From Acidimicrobiia bacterium (GTDB taxonomy: Bacteria; Actinomycetota; Acidimicrobiia; Spongiisociales; UBA11373), in assembly GCA_035464675.1 (NCBI GenBank), contig DATHSA010000054.1, forward strand, positions 7,998 through 71,997: DNA of 64,000 nt, given 5' to 3'. Shown one piece after another: positions 1 to 8,448 of the stretch. The position numbers and the translations under genes are program-made. The stretch's first letter is position 1. Each line of letters starts with the position of its first letter. The notes beneath the pieces are model-generated. The model was given only the letters and a program-made list of their open reading frames with translations. It was not told where the DNA came from and searched no databases.

Positions 1-22
1 GAAGCCGGAGGATAGGCCGCAC

Positions 23-59
23 GCGGGTGGTGCCCGGTGCGGAACCGGGCACCACCCGC
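23..59 (-). terminator. 15-bp perfect GC-rich stem-loop downstream of a small membrane-protein CDS
   Basis: GCGGGTGGTGCCCGG (23-37) pairs with CCGGGCACCACCCGC (45-59) around a 7-nt loop. It lies 19 nt past the TAG at 78-80. No U-tract. Confidence 0.45.
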
Positions 60-77
60 AGTGCGCGGGGATCGGCG

Positions 78-302
78 CTACTGCTGCTCTTGGATCGTGG
101 GGGTCGGTCCCAGAGGCTCGGAGTCGGAGCCACCCGATGCGAGCACGACGGCCAGCACGATCGCCGAGACGACGACGGCCACGAGCAGGAGGGCCTGCAC
201 GAGACCTCGGACGCCCGCGCTCTCGCGGACCTGGCCGGTGTGCTCCGGCGCGCGCTGGTCCTCGCGGCGGGTGTCGGTTGTCGGCGTGACGAACGGAAGC
301 AT
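78..302 (-). CDS. Small single-pass membrane protein (74 aa), unknown function
   Basis: Internal ATG at 302 of ORF 78-446 is preceded by AAAGGAGGG. Translation MLPFVTPTTD...LVQALLLVAVVVSAIVLAVVLA contains one clear TM helix. The upstream part of the ORF overlaps tRNA-Ala on the other strand. Confidence 0.55.
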   Translation of the reverse strand: MLPFVTPTTDTRREDQRAPEHTGQVRESAGVRGLVQALLLVAVVVSAIVLAVVLASGGSDSEPLGPTPTIQEQQ

Positions 303-404
303 GGCGTTCCCTCCTTTCGACCGGCGTGATCTACCCGCCATGCGACGCCTCAAAACCTGGTCCGGGCCGGGGACCTGATGGCCGCTGATAGAATCGCCGC
401 TCCC

Positions 405-477
<73 letters not shown>

Positions 478-618
478 CCCTGCTGATTCCAGGCCGCACG
501 TCGCCACCTCCGGCGGCGAACAGACGCCGGTAGCCCTCGCGGTCCCGCGCTGAGATCGCGAAATATGCCCCTCCAGGCGATACCCTCTGTCGACAGCCGT
601 CTGTGGGAGGCGAATCCA

Positions 619-1653
619 ATGCCGATCCCACGCCGTGGACTCGTCCTCGGCGTGCTTCTCGCACTGTTCGGAATGATCGCCGCGCCCCCGGCGTGGTCGG
701 GCTCCGAGGAGGAGGTCGAGCGCGCCCGAGACGAGGAAGAGGCGGCGGCCCGTCGGCGTGCCGAGGCGCTCGCGGATCTCGATGAGGCGGTACGCGCCTT
801 CGAGGCGCTGCGAGCCGACCTCGAATCGACGAGAACCCGGCTGGGTCGGATCGATGCGACCCTCGCCGACTACGAGGTGCAGAGGGAGAGAATCCGGTCC
901 GACGCGCTCGACCAGGCAGCGGAGGCCTACATCGCCAGCTTCGATCACCAACCCACGACTCCGTCGCCCGACGATGCCCAGGAGGTGCTCGCCACCAGGT
1001 ACGTCCTGGAGAGGGTGACCACGTCGAACCAGTCGGCGCTCAACCGGCTCATCGCAGTCCGCGCCGAGATCGAGGCGCTGCAGTCCGACCTGATCGCCGA
1101 AGGCGAGCGCCTGGCGGGCCTGGAGACGGAGATGTCAGCGGTCGTCGAGCGGATGGACGCGCTGCTGGCCGAGGCCCAGGCCGAATACGATGCAGCCCGG
1201 CAGGCTCGCGACACCGCGGAGACCCGATTCGAGGCCGAGCAGGCTCGAGCGAGGATCTTCCTCTGCCCCGTCGACGGCCCTGTGGCCTTCAGCGACACCT
1301 GGGGTGCCCCGCGCTCCGGCGGCCGGCGCCACACCGGCCAGGACCTCATCGCTCGCACCGGCACCCCGCTTGTCGCCGTCAAGGACGGGTGGATCAAGTG
1401 GCCGTCGTACAACTCGATTGCGGGCTACGTGGTTCGCCTGCGGACCTCGGACGGGACGGAGTACTCCTACGCCCACATGAATGCGCCGACGATGTGGTCA
1501 GAAGGCGACTGGGTCCAGCAGGGAACCGTGATCGGTCATGTCGGCGACTCCGGCAACGCCTTCGTCCCTCATCTCCACATCTCGATGTGGCCCAACGGGG
1601 GGTGGACCGGACCGACGAATCCGTACTCACTGCTCGACGCAGCCTGCCGCTGA
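619..1653 (+). CDS. Secreted M23 (LytM-type) metallopeptidase with N-terminal coiled-coil
   Basis: ATG 619 inside ORF 565-1653 gives the signal-like sequence MPIPRRGLVLGVLLALFGMIAAPPAWSG. A long E/A/R/L-rich coiled-coil follows. M23 motifs HTGQD and PHLH are intact. Confidence 0.85.
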   Translation: MPIPRRGLVLGVLLALFGMIAAPPAWSGSEEEVERARDEEEAAARRRAEALADLDEAVRAFEALRADLESTRTRLGRIDATLADYEVQRERIRSDALDQAAEAYIASFDHQPTTPSPDDAQEVLATRYVLERVTTSNQSALNRLIAVRAEIEALQSDLIAEGERLAGLETEMSAVVERMDALLAEAQAEYDAARQARDTAETRFEAEQARARIFLCPVDGPVAFSDTWGAPRSGGRRHTGQDLIARTGTPLVAVKDGWIKWPSYNSIAGYVVRLRTSDGTEYSYAHMNAPTMWSEGDWVQQGTVIGHVGDSGNAFVPHLHISMWPNGGWTGPTNPYSLLDAACR

Positions 1654-1703
1654 GACTCAGAGCCGTAAGATCTCGGCGAGATACCGACGACCCGGAGGAT
1701 TCG

Positions 1704-2216
1704 ATGCGCGTCCGTCTGCTGATAGCCACCGTTCTCATCGCTCTCGTCGCCGGAGCCTGTGGCGACGATGATCTGGGAGGCCTCACTCCTTCATCGAACG
1801 GGAACACGGACACTCCGATCGGCAACGACTCGGGCAATCCCTTCGGGGACGGCGACTTCACGGGATTCACCAACGACGAGTGCCTCCAGATCATCCTGAC
1901 GTGGTCACAGGCGGCCTCACTCGGCTTTGGCGGAGCCGGCGACCTCGAGGACGTCGGTGAAGCCCTCGAGGACCTCGCCGGTTCGGTGCCACCGGAGGTG
2001 GCTGCCGGCTTCGCGATCTACGCCCAGGCGATGACGGCGTACGGGCAGGCACTGAGGGACGCCGGCATCGATCTCAACGACCCGGCGACGTACTCGAGTC
2101 CCGAAGCCCAGGCGGCCCTCACCGCTGCCTCCCAGGCGTTCGACTCGGAGGCGCTCGAGCAGGCCTCGGAGAACATCGGCGACTTCCTCGACGCACAGTG
2201 CTCCCAGGGCGGGTGA
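1704..2216 (+). CDS. Lipoprotein, unknown function
   Basis: ATG 1704, in frame within ORF 1389-2216, gives MRVRLLIATVLIALVAGAC-GDDD (lipobox). The mature part is acidic. Confidence 0.7.
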   Translation: MRVRLLIATVLIALVAGACGDDDLGGLTPSSNGNTDTPIGNDSGNPFGDGDFTGFTNDECLQIILTWSQAASLGFGGAGDLEDVGEALEDLAGSVPPEVAAGFAIYAQAMTAYGQALRDAGIDLNDPATYSSPEAQAALTAASQAFDSEALEQASENIGDFLDAQCSQGG

Positions 2217-2377
2217 CAGCGGCGCGCAGGACCAGCGCTCGCAAGGTGCCGGCCGGCCGGCGGGATGTCGTCGCGTGATGTGATCGGCAGGAGCCGGCTA
2301 CCCGTGGCCGGTTCTGGGGAAATGACCGCTCCCACGACGCGAAGTTCCCCGCTTCCGCCGTCCGGGCATGACGCCAG

Positions 2378-2758
2378 TCAGCCCGACGCCGCCTCGAACG
2401 CCATGCGGGGCGCGTCGCTCCACAGGCGCTCCAGGTCGTAGTACGCCCTCGTCTCCTCGTCGAAGAGGTGGACGACGATGTCGCCGAAGTCGAGGAGCAC
2501 CCAGGAGCCCTCCTCCATCCCCTCCCGGCGCAACGGCGTGCGGTCCAGGCCCGAGAGCCGAGCTTCGATGTCCTCGGCGAGAGTCCTGACGTGCCGGCGC
2601 GACGTGCCGGTGGCGATCACGAAGACGTCGGTCAGGACGATCACCTTCGAGACGTCGAGGAGAGCGAGGTCGTGACCCTTCTTGTCGTCGATTGCAGACG
2701 CGGCCGCCTCGGCGGCCTCGGCCGTGTCCGGATGCAGCGTTATGGGTTCGACCTCCAC
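2378..2758 (-). CDS. rsfS: Ribosomal silencing factor RsfS (Iojap family)
   Basis: C-terminal 126 aa of ORF 2378-3226: ...KKGHDLALLDVSKVIVLTDVFVIATGTSRRHVRTLAEDI...WVLLDFGDIVVHLFDEETRAYYDLERLW. GTG at 2758. Sits downstream of nadD as in many bacteria. Confidence 0.85.
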   Translation of the reverse strand: MEVEPITLHPDTAEAAEAAASAIDDKKGHDLALLDVSKVIVLTDVFVIATGTSRRHVRTLAEDIEARLSGLDRTPLRREGMEEGSWVLLDFGDIVVHLFDEETRAYYDLERLWSDAPRMAFEAASG

Positions 2759-2820
2759 GAACAGGGGTGCCTGGGGATGATAGAGGGGTCGCCTGACCAG
2801 GGACCAGGGAGCCGCGCGGA

Positions 2821-3390
2821 TCACCCCTCGAGATAGAGGCCGTTCTCCTCGATGTACGCGTACACCGGTTCGCGCACGAAGAAACGAATGCTCCTGCCTG
2901 CGGACCGCCGCCCGCGCAGCATCGTCCCGCTTATGGCGAGTTGGGGTACATCGAGCCATCTGACGGTGGCTCCGGTCGCCTCGACGGCTGCTCGCTCGAC
3001 CCCCGGACGCGGCATGACCGCAACGACGACCCGGTCCATGAAGTCGTCGACGCGGTGCCAGGACCCGAGCCCGGCGGCGGCATCGGCTCCCAGAATCAGG
3101 GCAACCTCGTCGCCGGCGAATTCCTCGAGCGTGTCCACCGTATAGGTCCACCCATCGCGTTGGACCTCGCGATCGTCGGCTTCGAAGTAGTCGACCCCCT
3201 CGACGGCCAGACTGGTCATCGTCCATCGGTGACCGGCTGGGCTCACCTCCCGCTCCGCCTTCTGCCAGGGCGCTCCCGCCGGGATGAAGGTGACGACGTC
3301 GAGCCCCAGCTCGCGATAGGCCGCCTCACCCGCCACGAGGTGGGCCCAGTGAGGCGGATCGAAGGTTCCCCCGAGGATTCCGCGGCGCAC
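2821..3390 (-). CDS. nadD: Nicotinate-nucleotide adenylyltransferase
   Basis: GILGGTFDPPHWAHL motif. GTG at 3390 gives the usual short N-terminus (VRRGILGG...). The longest ORF start (3483) would overlap the upstream gene by 59 nt, so the start is uncertain. Confidence 0.85.
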   Translation of the reverse strand: MRRGILGGTFDPPHWAHLVAGEAAYRELGLDVVTFIPAGAPWQKAEREVSPAGHRWTMTSLAVEGVDYFEADDREVQRDGWTYTVDTLEEFAGDEVALILGADAAAGLGSWHRVDDFMDRVVVAVMPRPGVERAAVEATGATVRWLDVPQLAISGTMLRGRRSAGRSIRFFVREPVYAYIEENGLYLEG

Positions 3391-3424
3391 GCCGGGGAGG
3401 ATAGGGGTGCGTGAGACCTGGCAC

Positions 3425-3868
3425 TCACCCTGCCGGGGCCAGCCTGACCCCCGGACCCGGTGCGAAGGACCCGCAGGTCGCACCCTCAGGATTCAGGTAG
3501 AGATTCCCCACCCGCAGCGAGAAGTGGACCGCCGGTGTCCCGTGGTCCAGACCCGAGGTGCCCACGACTTCTCCCCGTGAGACCAGGACTCCCTCCTCGA
3601 CAATGCGACCGCCCAGGTACGAGTACGAAGTGCGCACCGCGCCGCCGTGGTGAATCGTGACGCTGCTCCGGCCACCCACCTCGCCCGAGAAGGTCACGAT
3701 CCCGGATGCGGCCGCTCGAACCGGTGTGCCGATGGCCACCGCCAGATCGATACCCCAGTGCCCCCCGTAGGAGCCCTGCGGGGCGTAGGGCGCGACCACT
3801 GGCCCTGAGACTGGAAGGCCGAGCAGGCACGGCCCCGGAAGCAGTGCGACGAGGAGGACGATGGCCAC
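3425..3868 (-). CDS. Small secreted M23/LytM-domain protein, probably catalytically degenerate
   Basis: GTG start. N-terminal hydrophobic segment. The HWGID motif is present, but the second metal motif reads AVHFS instead of HxH. Confidence 0.7.
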   Translation of the reverse strand: MAIVLLVALLPGPCLLGLPVSGPVVAPYAPQGSYGGHWGIDLAVAIGTPVRAAASGIVTFSGEVGGRSSVTIHHGGAVRTSYSYLGGRIVEEGVLVSRGEVVGTSGLDHGTPAVHFSLRVGNLYLNPEGATCGSFAPGPGVRLAPAG

Positions 3869-3917
3869 CCAGTGAAAGATATGGGCGACCTGCGACGAGG
3901 GGAAGGGAGTAGCTCGT

Positions 3918-3948
3918 CAGTCGCCAGTCACCAGTCACCAGTCACCAG
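3918..3948. repeat. Heptanucleotide tandem array CAGTCRC x4.4
   Basis: cagtcgc cagtcac cagtcac cagtcac cag, read directly. Intergenic between the response-regulator stop and the M23 start. Confidence 0.9.
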
Positions 3949-3977
3949 CAGGATGCGTCAGACCCCGCGGGCGCGTC

Positions 3978-3998
3978 TTGCCAATTGCCAATTGCCAG
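3978..3998. repeat. Heptanucleotide tandem array TTGCCAA x3
   Basis: ttgccaa ttgccaa ttgccag, immediately followed by the hairpin at 4003-4023. Confidence 0.85.
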
Positions 3999-4002
3999 TC
4001 GC

Positions 4003-4023
4003 GGGACGAGCGAAGCGAGTCCC
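4003..4023 (-). terminator. Stop-codon-abutting hairpin with GCGAAGC core
   Basis: GGGAC-GAGCGAAGCGA-GTCCC. Its last nt is the first nt of the TAG complement (4023-4025) of the response regulator. The same 13-nt core recurs at 46945-46957. Confidence 0.5.
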
Positions 4024-4409
4024 TACGCGATCGCCTCGGTGGGGCCGGCGAGCAGGCCGAGCGCAACACTGCGGAGATCGTCCGGACGGAACGGCTTGGT
4101 GAGGAACGCATCGGCACCGCCGCGGTCGGCGCGCTCCCTGGTCTCCTCCTGGGCATGGGCGGTGAGCACGAGCACCTTCATCGCCCGGGTGCGCGCATCT
4201 GAGCGAATGCCATCGAGCACCTCCCAGCCGTCCATCCTGGGAAGGCCGACGTCGAGGATGAGGAGATCGGGTTGCGTGGTGAGCGCAGCCTCGAGACCTG
4301 TTGGGCCGTCGGAACGGGTCTCGACCTCCACGCCCGCAGGGCGCAGGCACACCGAGATGAGCCGCTGTATGACGGCGGAATCCTCGACGACCAGTACACG
4401 CTGAGCCAC
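4023..4409 (-). CDS. Stand-alone CheY-like receiver-domain response regulator
   Basis: VLVVEDS...DLLILDVGLPRMDG...VLVLTA...FLTKPF are canonical receiver motifs. 128 aa with no output domain. GTG start. Confidence 0.9.
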   Translation of the reverse strand: MAQRVLVVEDSAVIQRLISVCLRPAGVEVETRSDGPTGLEAALTTQPDLLILDVGLPRMDGWEVLDGIRSDARTRAMKVLVLTAHAQEETRERADRGGADAFLTKPFRPDDLRSVALGLLAGPTEAIA

Positions 4410-4490
4410 TTCACCAGACCTTCGTGTGACCTCGAGACAGGTATCGACTCGGCATCCGTCGCCCTTGAGAGGATCAGGGTCCGGCGCTCC

Positions 4491-5918
4491 CTACACCAGC
4501 CTCCGCACGGGACGCGTCGTTGGAATGGCCACCCGCTCCACGAAGCGCTCCAACTGACGAAGGTTGCGCACCTCGTGGACCTCGTCGCAAGCCTCGGCGT
4601 AGACACCCATCACCGAGTCGCCGGTGTCCCAGTAGCGGCGTCGCTCGGGATTCAGCCAGTACAGCGACCGCGCCGCGGAGGCGATTCGCACCAGGGCGCC
4701 CGGGTTCGGGTCGTGATAGTTGGAACGAGCATCGCCGGTGACGATGACGACCGTCCGCGGCGTGATGGCGTCGAAGTACTCGTCGGCGAACGTCCCGAAC
4801 GCGTTGCCGTAGTCGCTGTGTCCGTCCAGCCACACGACTTCGGCCTCGGTCCCAACGCGCTTCATCGCAACTGCGAAGTCGACCCCGGGGCCGAAGAACC
4901 GGGTCACCTCGTCGATCGTGTCGATGAACGCGAACGTGCGCACCTTGCTCAGCTGGGATGCGATCGCGTGCACCAATTGCATGGTGAACCGGGCGAATGT
5001 CGCCACCGAGCCGCTGATGTCGGTGAGCATCACGATCTCCGGCCTTCCCGGTCGGGGTGAACGGAAGCGAGGGTCGACGGGCACCCCGCCGGTCTGAAGT
5101 GACGAGCGAACCGTCCGTCGGACGTCGAGCCGTCCGTCGCGGCCCCGGCGCCGGCGTCGCGCCAGCCGGGTGGCGAGCTTGCGCGTGAGAGGATGCACTG
5201 CCTCTTCGATCCGCGACAGGTCCTCACGAGTGGCGGTGCTGAGATCGATGTCCTCGACCAGCGGACGGCGCAAGGTGCGAGCGACCGCCGACCGGCCCCG
5301 GTCGACGACCAGACGGCGGCGGATCTCGGCTCGGACTGCCTCCCGGAACTCCTCGATTCGACGGTCGACCTCGTCGCGCGTCAGTCGGATCTCGATGGCC
5401 GAAGGCTGCTCCGGTTCGAGATCCCCGCGGAGCCGCTCCGACAGGTCTTCGAGATCGAGCCGACGGAGCACACGGTACAGGTAGTAGGCACCCCCGACCG
5501 GGCGGCCCGGCTCCATACCGGCCAGTCGGGAGACGGCGAGCCGGGCGACCGCTTCCATGAGCCCGTGGTCTCCATCGCGCAGTGATGTGAACAATGCAGC
5601 GACGAGGTCGTCGACATCGCCCTCACCGGCACCGGTGCCCCCGCTGCCGGCCAGTGCCCGCATGTCCTCCTCACGACGGCGTTCTTCATCCGCACCGGTC
5701 GGTGGTGTGAGGGCAAAGAATGCCTCGAAGGCAGCCTCGAACGCATCGACATGGCGGGCGCTCTTGACGAGCGTCGCCCCCAGTGCCGCCTTGAGCGCGG
5801 GTCGGGATCCGATCTCGACATGTTCGAGAGCCCTCGCTGCATCGACCGTCTCGACCATCGAGACCGGGATGCCCGCCTCCCGCAACTCACCGACGAATGC
5901 CGCGAGAAAGCCGGCCAT
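4491..5918 (-). CDS. VWA domain protein, CoxE-like
   Basis: 475 aa. The C-terminal VWA region (IVMLTDISGSV...VVIVTGDARSN) and the N-terminal helical region are typical of CoxE-type partners of MoxR ATPases. Its ATG overlaps the MoxR stop by 1 nt. Confidence 0.8.
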   Translation of the reverse strand: MAGFLAAFVGELREAGIPVSMVETVDAARALEHVEIGSRPALKAALGATLVKSARHVDAFEAAFEAFFALTPPTGADEERRREEDMRALAGSGGTGAGEGDVDDLVAALFTSLRDGDHGLMEAVARLAVSRLAGMEPGRPVGGAYYLYRVLRRLDLEDLSERLRGDLEPEQPSAIEIRLTRDEVDRRIEEFREAVRAEIRRRLVVDRGRSAVARTLRRPLVEDIDLSTATREDLSRIEEAVHPLTRKLATRLARRRRRGRDGRLDVRRTVRSSLQTGGVPVDPRFRSPRPGRPEIVMLTDISGSVATFARFTMQLVHAIASQLSKVRTFAFIDTIDEVTRFFGPGVDFAVAMKRVGTEAEVVWLDGHSDYGNAFGTFADEYFDAITPRTVVIVTGDARSNYHDPNPGALVRIASAARSLYWLNPERRRYWDTGDSVMGVYAEACDEVHEVRNLRQLERFVERVAIPTTRPVRRLV

Positions 5919-6781
5919 CAGCCGGGCGCGGTCCCCTCGGCGAGGCCGGCAGCGACCCGATCGATGTCCGGCTGGTGCTTGAGCAGCACGTGCAGCGTGT
6001 CGGCCACCATGGTCTCGTCGAGGTCGGCCACTCCGAGAGCGAGCAGGGTGCGCGCCCAGTCAAGCGATTCGCTCACCGAGGGCGGTTTGCGCAACGTCTG
6101 GGCCCTGACGCCGGCGACGAAGCGAGCGATTCGGTCCGCGAGCGAGGTGACGAGGCCCGGCACGCGGGTGACGAGGATCTCGATCTCGCGTTCGATCGTC
6201 GGATATCCGATGTGGAGGAACAAGCAGCGCCGCTTGAGTGCCTCCGACAGCTCCCGGGTGTTGTTCGACGTGAGGTAGACCGCAGGCCGACTCGACGCCG
6301 ACACCGTGCCAAGCTCGGGGATCGAGACCTGAAAGTCGCTCAGCACCTCGAGCATGAGCGCCTCGGTTTCGACCTCGACGCGGTCGACCTCGTCGATGAG
6401 GAGCACCACGGGCTCCGACGACCGAATCGCCTCGAGCAGTGGTCGGGTCAGCAGGTAGTCCTCGCCGAAGATGTCCTCCTCGATCTCCGACCACTCTCGA
6501 CCCTGATCGGCCTGGAGGCGAAGAAGCTGCTTGCGGTAATTCCACTCGTAGAGCGCCTTCGCCTCGTCGAGGCCCTCGTAGCACTGCAGCCGGATGAGCC
6601 GCCTGTTCGTGGCCGCCGCGACGGCCTTCGCGAGTTCCGTCTTTCCCACGCCGGCCGGCCCCTCGACGAGCACCGGCTTTTCCAGCCTGTCGGCGAGGAA
6701 CACGACCTGGGCGATGCGGTCGTCGGCCAGATAGCCCTGCCCGGAGAGCGCAGGCTTGACGGAATCGGGATCGGGGAACAT
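5918..6781 (-). CDS. MoxR/CoxD-like AAA+ ATPase
   Basis: Walker A GPAGVGKT, Walker B VLLIDEVD, 287 aa, with the MoxR-type C-terminus. Confidence 0.88.
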   Translation of the reverse strand: MFPDPDSVKPALSGQGYLADDRIAQVVFLADRLEKPVLVEGPAGVGKTELAKAVAAATNRRLIRLQCYEGLDEAKALYEWNYRKQLLRLQADQGREWSEIEEDIFGEDYLLTRPLLEAIRSSEPVVLLIDEVDRVEVETEALMLEVLSDFQVSIPELGTVSASSRPAVYLTSNNTRELSEALKRRCLFLHIGYPTIEREIEILVTRVPGLVTSLADRIARFVAGVRAQTLRKPPSVSESLDWARTLLALGVADLDETMVADTLHVLLKHQPDIDRVAAGLAEGTAPG

Positions 6782-6801
6782 CGTGAGGATTGTACGGTCG
6801 A

Positions 6802-6843
6802 CCCGTTACCCGTTACCCGTTTCCCGTTGCCCGATACCCGTGT
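6802..6843. repeat. Heptanucleotide tandem array CCCGTTN x6
   Basis: cccgtta cccgtta cccgttt cccgttg cccgata cccgtgt. Intergenic between the obg stop and the MoxR start. Confidence 0.9.
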
Positions 6844-6866
6844 CAGCGACACCCGGGCAGCCGATT

Positions 6867-6901
6867 GGTGACGGGCGACCGGCGACGGGCGACGGGCGAC
6901 G
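6867..6901. repeat. Heptanucleotide tandem array GGYGACS x5
   Basis: ggtgacg ggcgacc ggcgacg ggcgacg ggcgacg. Ends 6 nt before the obg stop-codon complement (6907-6909). Confidence 0.9.
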
Positions 6902-6906
6902 ACCGG

Positions 6907-8172
6907 TCACGGCTCCCGGTCCGACTCCTCCGAGAACTCAAAGACAACGTCTCCGATCCTCACCTCGTCCCCGGGCTTGGCGCCCGCCTCGCGCAAGGCG
7001 TCGTCCACGCCTGCCTTCGCCAGACGCCGGGCTGCGAATCCGGCGGCCTCCGGCTTGGTGAGGTCGTCCAGTGCCACCGCCCGTTCGGCACGAAGGCCCT
7101 CGACCACCCAGCGCTCCCCGTCATGGTGGATCTCGAAGGCAGCCTGAGCCGGCCGGTGGAGCACATACCCCTCGCCGTCGGGCGTGTGCCTCGCAACCCG
7201 GTCCACCGCGTCGGCCACAGCGTGGAGCAGCACGGTGAGACCCTGGCCGGTGAGCGAGCTGATCAGATGGGCTTCGACCCCGATCCTGGCGAGCGCCTCC
7301 ACCGCGTCCGTGGCCTCGGGAACGTCGGCCTTCGACACCACGACGATCTCCTCGCGGGCGGCGAGGGCGGGATCATGGCGGGCAAGCTCCCGGCGCAGGA
7401 TGCCCAACTGCTCGATACATCCGATCTCCTGGAGCGACGACGGGTCGAGCATGACGACGAGGGCGCGGGCGCGCTCGGCGTGCCGAAGAAACCGATGTCC
7501 GAGTCCCTTGCCCTCGGCTGCTCCCTCGATCAGACCAGGGATGTCGGCGAGCACGAAGCGGCGATCGTCGAGATCGACGACGCCGAGGTTCGGTTCGAGC
7601 GTCGTGAACGGGTAGTCGGCGATCTTGGGACGGGCAGCCGACACCCGGGCGATCAGGGTGCTCTTCCCTGCGTTGGGAAACCCGATGAGGGCAGCGTCGG
7701 CCGCAAGCTTCAACTCGAACACGAAGTCGGCGTCGCGCCCGTATTCCCCTTGCTCGGCGAAATTGGGGACGACGTGCCTCGGTCCGGCCAGGGCAGCGTT
7801 GCCCTTCCCTCCCCGTCCGCCCGTCAGGAGCACGACCCGCTGGCCCGGTTGGGCGAGATCGGCCAACAGAGTGCCCGTGTCATCCCTGATCACCGTGCCC
7901 GGGGGGACCGCGAGGATCAGGTCCGAGCCCCGGCGGCCGTGTTGAAGGTCGCCCCGGCCGGGGCTGCCGGCCTCGGCGCGCCGATGGGGTCGCCGCTGAA
8001 AGTCGAGGAGAGTCGAGACCTGGTCACTGGCTTCGGCGATCACGTCGCCGCCGGCTCCCCCCGACCCTCCGAGAGGCTTGCCCCGGGGACGGCCTTTGAG
8101 TCGCTCGAAGGCGACGATCCCGGCGCCGCCGTCACCGGCACGCAGGTGGACGGTGACCTCGTCGACGAACAC
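6907..8172 (-). CDS. obg: GTPase Obg/CgtA
   Basis: MFVDEVTVHLRAGDGGAGIVAFERLKG... is the glycine-rich Obg fold. G-domain motifs GFPNAGKST and DIPGLIEGA are present. obg-rpmA-rplU synteny. Confidence 0.95.
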   Translation of the reverse strand: MFVDEVTVHLRAGDGGAGIVAFERLKGRPRGKPLGGSGGAGGDVIAEASDQVSTLLDFQRRPHRRAEAGSPGRGDLQHGRRGSDLILAVPPGTVIRDDTGTLLADLAQPGQRVVLLTGGRGGKGNAALAGPRHVVPNFAEQGEYGRDADFVFELKLAADAALIGFPNAGKSTLIARVSAARPKIADYPFTTLEPNLGVVDLDDRRFVLADIPGLIEGAAEGKGLGHRFLRHAERARALVVMLDPSSLQEIGCIEQLGILRRELARHDPALAAREEIVVVSKADVPEATDAVEALARIGVEAHLISSLTGQGLTVLLHAVADAVDRVARHTPDGEGYVLHRPAQAAFEIHHDGERWVVEGLRAERAVALDDLTKPEAAGFAARRLAKAGVDDALREAGAKPGDEVRIGDVVFEFSEESDREP

Positions 8173-8192
8173 GGCTCCTGCCGAGCCGCTGC

Positions 8193-8447
8193 CTATTCGG
8201 CGGCGACGACGTTGACTTCGCGACGACCCCGCCGGGTCCCATAGGTCACGATGCCGTCCGCGGTGGCAAACAGGGTGTCGTCGCTGCCACGGCCGACATT
8301 GCGGCCGGGATGGATGCGGGTACCGCGCTGTCGGACGATGATCGAACCGGCCGTCACCGTCTCGCCGTCGAACACCTTCGAACCGAGGCGCTTTGCGTGT
8401 GAGTCGCGGCCGTTCTTGGTGGAACCGCCGCCCTTGGTCTTGGACAT
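8193..8447 (-). CDS. rpmA: 50S ribosomal protein L27
   Basis: [22 protein letters not shown]...[13 protein letters not shown]. Confidence 0.95.
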   Translation of the reverse strand: MSKTKGGGSTKNGRDSHAKRLGSKVFDGETVTAGSIIVRQRGTRIHPGRNVGRGSDDTLFATADGIVTYGTRRGRREVNVVAAE

Positions 8448-8448
8448 C

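Noticed and set aside
478-618. A cyclic-di-AMP (ydaO-type) riboswitch upstream of the M23 peptidase, as often seen before actinobacterial cell-wall hydrolases.
   Set aside because: There is only a GAATCC fragment near the RBS, and no recognisable pseudo-symmetric ydaO architecture by eye. I cannot support it without a covariance-model scan.
2248-2261. A self-complementary GCCGGCCGGCCGGC tract in the convergent spacer after the lipoprotein gene.
   Set aside because: It is a short GC palindrome expected by chance at this GC content. It has no flanking structure or repeat context.
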